A stretch of 64,000 nt of DNA, from contig OY969926.1 of assembly GCA_963704645.1 (NCBI GenBank), forward strand, positions 640,001 through 704,000. Direction: 5' to 3'. Origin of the DNA: an uncultured bacterium (GTDB lineage: Bacteria; Patescibacteriota; JACMRA01). The notes below the pieces were generated by a model that was given only the letters and a program-made list of their open reading frames with translations, ran no database searches and was not told the origin of the DNA. Positions 28,770 to 37,411 of this stretch are shown here, in pieces. Position numbers and translations under genes: made by a program. How positions within the stretch are numbered: position 1 is the first letter of the stretch; every line of letters starts with the position of its first letter.

Positions 28770-29693
28770 ATGGTGAATCAAGATAATTTTCTAACTCATC
28801 AGGACGAGCTTAATTTTTTACAGGCTCAGGGTTTTCCAATAAACCCCTATAACAGTGTTCAAAATAGTTTAGAAAATATTTGGGAAATTGCAACCAAACT
28901 GCAGCAAGATAGAAATTCATTGCCTTATCCTATAGACGGACTGGTGGTGAAGCTGGATGATAATAAAATTGTAGAACAAGTTGGCGTTGTTGGTAAAACA
29001 CCCAGGGCTTGGTGTGCTATTAAATTCCCCCCAGAGGAAATTGCAACCAAACTAGAAGACGTTATTTGGCAGGTTGGTAGAACAGGTAAAGTTACTCCTG
29101 TGGCTAGTTTGCAACCAATAAATTTAATGGGAACGGTGGTAAAAAAAGCCAGTTTGCACAATTTTAAAGAAGTTAACGAATTACAATTACATTATCATGA
29201 CACAGTGGTTGTAAGAAAAGCTGGTGATATTATTCCTGAGGTGGTTGATATTCTAGTTAATTTAAGGCTGCCTGAATCCAAGTTAATTTCCATCCCACAA
29301 TTTTGCCCGTCTTGTAATTCCCAATTAAGTAAAACCGCTACAGAGGTAGATTTAATTTGTTTAAATTCGGTTAATTGTAAAGATCAAATAGTTGGCAGAC
29401 TTAGTTATTATTGCCAGCGTAATTTAGGTAATATTACTGGTTTGTCTGAAAAACAAATTGAAAAGTTTATGAATGAATTTGGGGTTAAAGATATTCCCGA
29501 TTTATATAATTTACCATGGGAAAAAATAGAAGTTTTAGAAGGTTTTGGAAAAAAATCTGTAGAAAATTTACAAAAATCTGTAGAAAACAGCCGAAGCATT
29601 GCAGACTATAAGTTTTTAGCTGGTCTGGGAATTGAAGGTGTGGGTGTGGAAATTGCTAAATTAATAGCAGAACAAATAAACAATTATGACTAA
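28770..29693 (+). CDS. ligA: NAD-dependent DNA ligase, C-terminal fragment only
   Basis: IDGLVVK, PRAWCAIKF, QVGRTG, ASLHN, RKAGDIIPEV, C4 zinc finger and HhH motifs; no KxDG motif I and no BRCT. Confidence 0.9.
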   Translation: MVNQDNFLTHQDELNFLQAQGFPINPYNSVQNSLENIWEIATKLQQDRNSLPYPIDGLVVKLDDNKIVEQVGVVGKTPRAWCAIKFPPEEIATKLEDVIWQVGRTGKVTPVASLQPINLMGTVVKKASLHNFKEVNELQLHYHDTVVVRKAGDIIPEVVDILVNLRLPESKLISIPQFCPSCNSQLSKTATEVDLICLNSVNCKDQIVGRLSYYCQRNLGNITGLSEKQIEKFMNEFGVKDIPDLYNLPWEKIEVLEGFGKKSVENLQKSVENSRSIADYKFLAGLGIEGVGVEIAKLIAEQINNYD

Positions 29694-30687
29694 CAAAATT
29701 AGACTACACAAATACGTAAACGAATATTTACACAAAAATAACCTAGATTATACAAACGGAGATGTTCAAAAAAACATTCAAAAACACGGTGTTTTAATTA
29801 ATCAGGAATTAATGTACAACAGGCTAGAATGGATTTTTACAGGAGAAAAAATTGATATTTCGCATTGGCCACAAAGAGATCACGGTTCTTTTGATAAAAT
29901 TAAAGTGCTACTCTATAACAGTAATTTTTTGCTGGTTTATAAGCCAGCTGGAGTAGTTACCGAAGCAGGGGCAGGGCATAAAGAGCAAAATTTAATTAAC
30001 TTCCTGCAGCTAACCTATGGCAAGAAACAAGAAACATTTTTGCCAGTTCACAGGTTAGACAAAGATACTCAAGGGATAATTATTGTAGCTAAAAATGAAG
30101 AATCTCATACTTTTTTGCAAGATCAATTTAGGAATAGAACTGTATCTAAAAAATACTTAACTGTTTTAGATGGAGTGCTAGACAAAGCTGTTCAAGTAAA
30201 AGCTTGGCAGAGCAGAAATTTACACAACCCATTGAAGCAAATTATGTTTTGGGATGAATCATCAGCTAAGGAATATTCTGAATTATCTAGAAACACTGAA
30301 TCGGTATTTACACCTTTGGTAATTTGCCAAGAAACCAATCAAACCTTGGTAGAAGTAGAAATCAGAACTGGCAGAATGCACCAAATTAGATTGCAGGCGG
30401 AGGCTATTGGTTTGCCCGTAAAAAATGATAAAGTATATAACAACAAACACGGACAAGATAAAACCGATAAAGTAACTTTAGTGGAATATTTAAAACCTAA
30501 ATTAGTTTCTGCTAGTCAAATGGAAGAGTTGGAAAAACATATTTTTGAAGAATCTGGTAGCTTTTTGGCTTGTAACTATCTTCAATTTACAGACACAAAT
30601 TTAGGTCGAATTACTTATGAAGTTAAGAATGTTTTTATGGAAAATAAAGGTGAGCAGGTTTTAACATCAGAGTTAGAATCAAATTAA
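29686..30687 (+). CDS. RluA/RluD family pseudouridine synthase
   Basis: KPAG, VHRLDKDTQG, TGRMHQIR. Confidence 0.9.
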   Translation: MTNKIRLHKYVNEYLHKNNLDYTNGDVQKNIQKHGVLINQELMYNRLEWIFTGEKIDISHWPQRDHGSFDKIKVLLYNSNFLLVYKPAGVVTEAGAGHKEQNLINFLQLTYGKKQETFLPVHRLDKDTQGIIIVAKNEESHTFLQDQFRNRTVSKKYLTVLDGVLDKAVQVKAWQSRNLHNPLKQIMFWDESSAKEYSELSRNTESVFTPLVICQETNQTLVEVEIRTGRMHQIRLQAEAIGLPVKNDKVYNNKHGQDKTDKVTLVEYLKPKLVSASQMEELEKHIFEESGSFLACNYLQFTDTNLGRITYEVKNVFMENKGEQVLTSELESN

Positions 30688-30769
30688 GGACTCGCCCTAA
30701 ACAGCTCAAAATAGTTTTTGTTACAAGGGCTTTGACCAAATTTACTATAAAAGGTACTCTGTGTACATC

Positions 30770-32482
30770 ATGACAGTTGTATTAAATAGCAATGCAAACA
30801 AAAAAATTGGTGGCAATTTATCTAGTAATTTATCCACCTTACCATCCACCAGGATGAGAAGAAGTTTACGTGTGAAGGAAGATTTAGATAAGTATTTTTT
30901 TGAAGAACAAGCCAAACTAAAAGCAGAGTCTTTAGGGCTTGGTTTTATAGATTTATACGGTTTCCCTATTGAATATACTGTTTTAACCCAAATTCCTTTA
31001 GAGTTGGTTATTAAATATAAATTAGGAATTTTTTCCTTTAACAATCAGGCTTTATATATTGCAACCCCAGATCCTTACACACCAGGTCAAAGAGAGTTCT
31101 TAGAAGAATTTGGTAGGTCTAAAAAATATAAATTATTTATTTGTTCGGAAATGAGTTATAAAAAACTTATTAACAGCTTCTCTTCCATTATAAAAAATAA
31201 AGAAACAGACGATAATATTAGTATTAGTCAAGACAAAATGGCTGATGAAGCTAATTTAAAACTTACCTTAACTCAACTAAATGAAGTTCTGTCTCACACT
31301 TCTACTTCAGACACAATAGAAACTGTTTTAATTGCAGCTTTGCAGAACGGGGCAAGCGACATTCACTTTGAGCCAGAGAAAGAAGTATACAATTTAAGGC
31401 TGCGTTTAGATGGAGTTTTGCATACTTTTGCCGAGCTACCCAAACTAAATCAAAAATCTATAGAAAGTAGAATTAAAGTTATCTCTGGTTTAAAAATTAA
31501 TGTTGATAATATTCCTCAAGATGGACGTTTTACTTTCAAAGCATCTGAAAAAGATGTAGATGTTCGTGTTTCAATGCTTCCTTCTAGTTATGGCTATTCA
31601 ATAGTAATGAGATTGTTAGGAACTGGTAGTTTAGGCCTAGATTTAGATCTTTTGGGTTTTACTGGGTCAGCAAGAGAAAGAGTGGAAGCAGCAATTCAAA
31701 AGCCTCAGGGTTTAATTTTAACTACTGGTCCAACCGGTTCTGGAAAAACAACAACGTTGTACTCTTTCTTAAAAACTTTGAACGATGGAGAAAGTAAAAT
31801 TATTACTTTAGAAGATCCTGTTGAATACAAATTAGAGGGAATTTCCCAAACCCAAATTGATGCAGCGGCTGGCTACACTTTTTCAGCTGGTTTAAGATCT
31901 ATTTTAAGACAAGATCCTGACGTAGTTCTAGTAGGAGAAATTAGAGATAAAGAAACTGCAGAAATTGCTGTACAAGCGTCTTTAACAGGACATCAAGTTT
32001 TGTCTACAATACACACTAACGATGCAGCAGGAGCTATTCCTAGGCTTATGGAAATGGGTGTTAGAGGTTTCTTACTAGCCGACTCTTTAGCAATAGTTAT
32101 TGGGCAACGTTTAGTTAGGCGTCTGTGTGAAAACTGCAAGCATGAACACCCATTAACCTCTGAAGAAAGAACTTTGGTTATAGACCAATTAGCCAAAATG
32201 CCAGCAGGCCACCTTTCTATTCCCCTTCAAATGAAATTCTATACTTCAGATGGTTGTGTAGAATGCAACGGACTTGGCTATAAAGGTAGAATTGGTGCCT
32301 ACGAAGTTATGGTAGTTGGCGAGAAACTTAGAGAGCTGCTCTCGAACCAATTTCCTTCTATTAACCAAGTTAGACAAGTTGCTGCTCAAGAAGGAATGTT
32401 AACCATGATGCAAGATGGAATTTTAAAAGCCATGCAGGGCTTCACAGATTTAAAGGAATTGGTAAGAAATATTTCTAGCTAA
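30770..32482 (+). CDS. pilB: Type IV pilus/type II secretion assembly ATPase (PilB/GspE)
   Basis: ASDIHFEP, PQDGR, GPTGSGKTTTLY, EDPVEY, LRQDPD, GEIRD, STIHTND, tetracysteine motif. Confidence 0.9.
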   Translation: MTVVLNSNANKKIGGNLSSNLSTLPSTRMRRSLRVKEDLDKYFFEEQAKLKAESLGLGFIDLYGFPIEYTVLTQIPLELVIKYKLGIFSFNNQALYIATPDPYTPGQREFLEEFGRSKKYKLFICSEMSYKKLINSFSSIIKNKETDDNISISQDKMADEANLKLTLTQLNEVLSHTSTSDTIETVLIAALQNGASDIHFEPEKEVYNLRLRLDGVLHTFAELPKLNQKSIESRIKVISGLKINVDNIPQDGRFTFKASEKDVDVRVSMLPSSYGYSIVMRLLGTGSLGLDLDLLGFTGSARERVEAAIQKPQGLILTTGPTGSGKTTTLYSFLKTLNDGESKIITLEDPVEYKLEGISQTQIDAAAGYTFSAGLRSILRQDPDVVLVGEIRDKETAEIAVQASLTGHQVLSTIHTNDAAGAIPRLMEMGVRGFLLADSLAIVIGQRLVRRLCENCKHEHPLTSEERTLVIDQLAKMPAGHLSIPLQMKFYTSDGCVECNGLGYKGRIGAYEVMVVGEKLRELLSNQFPSINQVRQVAAQEGMLTMMQDGILKAMQGFTDLKELVRNISS

Positions 32483-32538
32483 CAGCTTGACAAACTTTCA
32501 TTGAAAAGGCCATATTTAGTTATTATATTTATATTATT

Positions 32539-33105
32539 ATGGATAACTCAATAATTCTTATTTTCCTTGTGGTAATTGTTATAGTAGCAATTTACGCAGT
32601 ATTGGTTTACAACAATTTAATTACTTTAAAAATTAAAGTTAAAGAAGCTTCATCAGATATTGATGTTCAATTAAAAAGAAGATACGATTTAATTCCTAAC
32701 TTGGTTGAAACTGTTAAAGGTTCTAAAAACTTTGAAGCCGAGACCTTAGAAAGAGTCGTAAAGGCAAGACAACAAGCTATAGATATTTCTGGTTTAGGAA
32801 AAGATAAAGTTGCCGCTGAAAATATGCTTTCTGGTGCTTTAAGGCAGTTATTTGCATTATCAGAAAGTTATCCAGATTTAAAATCTAATCAAAACTTTTT
32901 AGCTTTACAAGAAGAGTTAACCAACACTGAAGACAGAATATTGGCTTCTAGAAGATTCTACAACCAAGTTGTTACAGATTACAACTCTAGCCAAGATCAA
33001 TTCCCAGCAATTTTGTTTAAGTCTATAGCCAAGGCTTCTCCAGCAGATTTCTTTGAATTGGAGAACCCTACAGAAGAAAGAAAAAATGTTGCAGTTAAAT
33101 TTTAA
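32539..33105 (+). CDS. lemA: LemA family protein
   Basis: YNNL, IDVQLKRRYDLIPNLV, ESYPDLKSN, RRFYN. Confidence 0.95.
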   Translation: MDNSIILIFLVVIVIVAIYAVLVYNNLITLKIKVKEASSDIDVQLKRRYDLIPNLVETVKGSKNFEAETLERVVKARQQAIDISGLGKDKVAAENMLSGALRQLFALSESYPDLKSNQNFLALQEELTNTEDRILASRRFYNQVVTDYNSSQDQFPAILFKSIAKASPADFFELENPTEERKNVAVKF

Positions 33106-33147
33106 TTTGCCAAAAATAAAGAAAATTATTTAAATTAGTTCATAGAT

Positions 33148-33429
33148 ATGTCGTCCACCGTTAAAACTGCTGTAAAACCAGATAAAAGCAAGATTATTCA
33201 AAAGCATCAAATTCATAAAACAGATACAAGTTCACCTGAAGTAACAATTGCTTTACTTTCTGAAGAAATTTTGAAACTTACTGATCACTTGAAAATTAAC
33301 CCAAAAGATTTTTCATCCAGAAGAGGTTTATTAAGAAAAGTTGGAAAAAGAAGAGATGTTTTGAGATACCTTTCTACTGTAAGCCAAGCTAGATATAAGA
33401 AGACTTTAGCTGTAAATAATTTAAAGTAA
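33148..33429 (+). CDS. rpsO: 30S ribosomal protein S15
   Basis: DTSSPEV, LTDHLK.NPKDFSSRRGL..KVGKRR. Confidence 0.95.
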   Translation: MSSTVKTAVKPDKSKIIQKHQIHKTDTSSPEVTIALLSEEILKLTDHLKINPKDFSSRRGLLRKVGKRRDVLRYLSTVSQARYKKTLAVNNLK

Positions 33430-33451
33430 TTTAATATAGTTGTATTTTATT

Positions 33452-33477
33452 AGCTCCTAATAAGGAGCTTTTATTTT
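33452..33477 (+). terminator. Intrinsic terminator after rpsO
   Basis: agctcc-taataa-ggagct followed by tttatttt. Confidence 0.75.
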
Positions 33478-33567
33478 ATTTAACAATTCTATAATACTAC
33501 TAACATATAATTTAGCAGCTTATATTATGTGGACAGTTACTAGCTAGCCATTAACAGTTATTTTATT

Positions 33568-33804
33568 ATGAAACAAAAAAATCAACATCTAGTAAATTTA
33601 GGTACTGCCCTAAGAGCATACAGAGAGTCGAAAAAAATTTCTCAAGAAAAACTCGCTGCCATTGTTAAATTACACCGTAATTATGTTGGTCAGTTAGAAC
33701 GTGGAGAAGTTAATATTAGTTATTTAAACATAATTAAACTTATTGAAGCCTTAGAAATTAAAGTTGAAGATTTAATTACAGAATTAAGCAAAGCCAAAAA
33801 GTAA
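33568..33804 (+). CDS. XRE-family HTH regulator
   Basis: LR..R....SQE.LA....LHRNYVGQLERGE.N. Confidence 0.9.
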   Translation: MKQKNQHLVNLGTALRAYRESKKISQEKLAAIVKLHRNYVGQLERGEVNISYLNIIKLIEALEIKVEDLITELSKAKK

Positions 33805-33912
33805 ATTAATAGATAGTTTACTTAATCCAGCCTATAAATACTCAAATCTAAATTCATTGTAAGTTTGTATTATTTGTTTGTCATTTTCTCGTTTCAAAGG
33901 TACAATGTTAAA

Positions 33913-34275
33913 ATGAAGATAGATACGATGCAAATTTCCACGTTTATATCAATGGTGGTTATTATAACTGCTGGAGCTATTCTGTTATCTACACAATTTG
34001 CACTTTACACTGCAGATGATTCAAAATATTTAGAAAATGCCTTAATTTCCAATAGAAGAAAGCAAGTTTTGGGTGCTTCAACAAACAATGTTGAAAATAA
34101 CCAATTAAATTCTACACTTTGTCCTGAACAAAGTCAGGTTCTGGGATATATAAATTACAGAGGTGAAAAATTAATTTTAGACAATAAAAATTTAGATCAA
34201 AAACCAACAGCTTGTTTTAAAACTGTAGAGGAAGCTAACTCTGATGGTTATTATTATGTAACGGAAAGTAAGTAG
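33913..34275 (+). CDS. Membrane-anchored hypothetical protein
   Basis: TTGTCA-N17-TACAAT directly before ATG 33913; TM, VLGAST linker, C-terminal CF.T.EEA...GY. Confidence 0.7.
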   Translation: MKIDTMQISTFISMVVIITAGAILLSTQFALYTADDSKYLENALISNRRKQVLGASTNNVENNQLNSTLCPEQSQVLGYINYRGEKLILDNKNLDQKPTACFKTVEEANSDGYYYVTESK

Positions 34276-34485
34276 TTCATTTAAGAATATAATCTACTCG
34301 AAATAATTTAAAAAAATATTTGATATGGCCACATGTCCTGTCCTATTTTTAAAATATTGAAAATAAAGAATTAGCACTCCGAAAAAGTATTCCAATGAAA
34401 AAATCCTGTTTACCTACATTTGCCCCCCCACAGTGGCGAATTGTTATACACAATAATGTTTTCTTAATGATATTAGTATAGAAGA

Positions 34486-35456
34486 TTAAGCAGCGTCGGC
34501 TAGCCACTTTTCTATATCCATAGCTGCTTTGCATCCATCACCTGCCGCTGTTATGGCTTGTCTATATTTTGTATCTTCAATGTCTCCGGCTACAAAAATT
34601 CCCTCTACTTTAGTGCTTGTGTCGTATTTACTAGTTCTACTTTCCTGAGGTAGGTGGGTTTGATTCAACAAATAGCCTGCTTCGTTCATATCCAGTAAGC
34701 CGTTTACAAAACTAGAGTTTGGTATATGGCCAATTCCCATAAATACTCCATCTAGTTTCATTATTTTAATTTCTCCACTGGTGGTATCGGTTAATTCTAC
34801 TGAGTTAATTAAGTCATCTCCAATAAGTTTTGTTACTATTTTGTTTTCTATAAAACTAATTTTAGAATTATTTTTTGCCCTGTCTAACATTATTTTACTG
34901 GCTCTGAAGTTGGAACTTCTGTGAATTATATAAACTTTTTCAGCAAACTTAGTTAAAAAATCTGCTTCTTCCATAGCTGAATCGCCTCCACCAATTACTG
35001 CAATCACTTTGTTTTTATAAAAGAAACCGTCGCATGTTGCGCAGCTATGATAACCTTTTCCTACCCATTTCTCTTCTCCTTCCAGGCCTAAATACCTAGC
35101 TTTAGCCCCAGTTGCAATAATTACTCCGTCAAATTCTTCCATTTTACCTTCAACATTTAAGCTGAATTTGTGTTCTGCAGCTTCATTAATTTGAATTGAT
35201 GTTACTTCGGCGTAATTTACCTTGGCTCCAAACCTTTCTGCTTGTTGTTGCATATTTCCCATAAGTTCCGGCCCATAATTCCGTTTACAAAACCAGGAAA
35301 GTTTTCAATTTCAGTTGTGGTTGTTAGTTGTCCACCCGGTTGTATTCCAGCAAAAATTGTAGTGTCTAGACCACCTCTGGCTGTGTATATTGCGGCAGTT
35401 AAACCAGCAGGGCCAGATCCGATAATTGCAACTTTTGGGATTTTTGGGGAATTCAT
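34486..35456 (-). pseudogene. trxB: Thioredoxin reductase with a 1-bp frameshift near 35270
   Basis: IIGSGPAG...IENFPGF in one frame; CATCDG, GGGDSA, RQAITAAG in another; adding one base restores GIMGPELM. Confidence 0.9.
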
Positions 35457-35637
35457 AGAATGTTTTTTAGTTCTAAAATATCCTATAATTTATTTACTAA
35501 TTAGACAAGCGGGTTAAATTTCAACAATAAAATTTGAACGTCCTAATATATTTTAGAAAAGAGAGTATTTATAAGAGATTATTTTTTTAGAAATGACAAA
35601 AAATAATAATTCACACACATTAAATTAAAAGCCAATT

Positions 35638-35985
35638 ATGACTAAAATTACTATTACCAACAATGAAAACAATCAGAAAATTGCAGAGGGTATTTTGGGG
35701 CAGAATGTGGTGAAAGTAGAAGGAAACTATTATTTTCAACCAGATTTAGTAGATTTTTCTAACACGGTTATGGAAGAAGATGCCTATTATTGCCCAATTA
35801 AGCATAGCAAATGTGACTACTATTTTTTAGTAGATTCAAAAGGTGTAAAACAAGATAGAGAAATGTGCTGGATTTACAATGAAGTTAGCAACCCACTGTT
35901 TAAAAATATTGCTGAAATGGTAGGAATGTATAGCCAAAATGTTGAAGGAAACGGTGTTTCTATTGTTGAAGAAGAAGCTGTCTAG
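35638..35985 (+). CDS. DUF427-like protein
   Basis: VEGNYYF, CP.K..C.YY, W.Y motifs. Confidence 0.65.
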   Translation: MTKITITNNENNQKIAEGILGQNVVKVEGNYYFQPDLVDFSNTVMEEDAYYCPIKHSKCDYYFLVDSKGVKQDREMCWIYNEVSNPLFKNIAEMVGMYSQNVEGNGVSIVEEEAV

Positions 35986-36136
35986 GAATTTATCGAGAGA
36001 TCAAACGGCTCAAATATCGTTTGAAGTTAAAGTAATTGCTTCAGCTTTGTGAAAGTAACTACTTGAGCTAAAATATTATTAACTTGAAAGTATGGAGTAC
36101 TTTTGAGATTATTTGTTTAACCGCTTAGACACATTA

Positions 36137-36196
36137 GGCCGAAACTGACGCTGAACCAAGCTCAGCTCGCACCAGCAAGTGAAACAAGTTCAGGGT
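36137..36196 (+). repeat. 40-nt hairpin element plus REP-like repeat (IS481 target)
   Basis: Second copy of the 27757 element followed by gaaacaagttcagggt. Confidence 0.85.
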
Positions 36197-37276
36197 TGTA
36201 TATGTCAACTTATTCAGTGACAGAATTAAGTTTCTCATAGGGAGTAATATTACCAATACCTTGATGTCTTCTAATATGGTTGAAGTAGCAACAATATTCA
36301 AATAATTCTTCTTCTAAACTTTCTTTATCTGGGTATACTTGCTCTCTAAGTAATTCTTCCTCTAAACTTCTCCAGAATCTTTCTACTTTACCATTGGTTT
36401 GTGGCCTGTAGGCTCTAGTGTACTTATGCTTAATGTTGTATTCTAACAGTAATCTTTCAAATGGATGGTTTTGTTTGTTTTCTTCTTTTGTTTCTTTCCT
36501 TCCAAATTCGGGTCCATTGTCTGTTAATATACTTTGAAAATCTATGTTGTAACATCTATTGAATACTGCTAATAATCTTTGAGTATAAAGCATAACTGTT
36601 AGAGCTTGCAGATTAGGTATTAGTATGGTCATAACTATTCTAGTAAAGTCATCTGTTAAGCTTAGTAGAAAGTATTCATTCTTTTCACCCTCCAGTATTC
36701 CTTTAGCTAGTCTGTGGCAATCCATATGGCCTAATTCTCCTGCTTTATCTTTAATGATTCTTCTTTTGTTAGTTTGAATTACTCTTGGATCTAATCTATT
36801 CAATCCTTTCTTTAATAGTATATTGTAAATAGTCGTAGGTGAAGGAGTATATTTACCATACTTAGGTAAAAGGAAATCGTGTATCTCATATCTACCAAAT
36901 CCTTGGTTTCTAAGTTCAATAATCTTATTCTGTATGAAAGGAATACTTTTTAAACTACCAAACTTTCTCCCTCTTTTCTTTGGAATTAAACTACTATCCA
37001 TAGAAACTAATTTATACCTATTGTAATATTTGATGAAGTTTTGTCTAGTTATATTATTTGCTTTGTAGAATTCATTTACAAATACATATCTAGGATGTTT
37101 CCTTGTTTTAATTAATTCATATTCTTGAACTAATTGTTTCATATGTCTAAGGTAATTCTTGGTTAAAGTATTATCATTTAAACGCATATTATGTTAGAAT
37201 ATATGTTGTTAAAAATTTAACAGAAATAATCTAAAAGAAGATTTAAATTCTGTCACTGAAATTTATGACATATACA
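36197..37276 (-). mobile_element. IS481-family insertion sequence with 5-bp target duplication AGGGT
   Basis: TGT...ACA ends, about 31-bp imperfect TIRs, agggt at 36192-36196 and 37277-37281. Confidence 0.95.
36210..37187 (-). CDS. IS481-family DDE transposase
   Basis: GELGHMD, DDFTR, LTDNGPEF, YRPQTNGKVERFWR, FNH.R.H.G. Confidence 0.95.
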   Translation of the reverse strand: MRLNDNTLTKNYLRHMKQLVQEYELIKTRKHPRYVFVNEFYKANNITRQNFIKYYNRYKLVSMDSSLIPKKRGRKFGSLKSIPFIQNKIIELRNQGFGRYEIHDFLLPKYGKYTPSPTTIYNILLKKGLNRLDPRVIQTNKRRIIKDKAGELGHMDCHRLAKGILEGEKNEYFLLSLTDDFTRIVMTILIPNLQALTVMLYTQRLLAVFNRCYNIDFQSILTDNGPEFGRKETKEENKQNHPFERLLLEYNIKHKYTRAYRPQTNGKVERFWRSLEEELLREQVYPDKESLEEELFEYCCYFNHIRRHQGIGNITPYEKLNSVTE

Positions 37277-37411
37277 AGGGTGACAGTGTACTATAGCATC
37301 GGTAAATACTTATCTTCTATTTTAATTCCAAGATAGATTTCTTTGACAAAAGGTTGTTAAGGAAGTACTTTACAAGTAATATTAAACAAAATAATAAACA
37401 ATATATATCTT

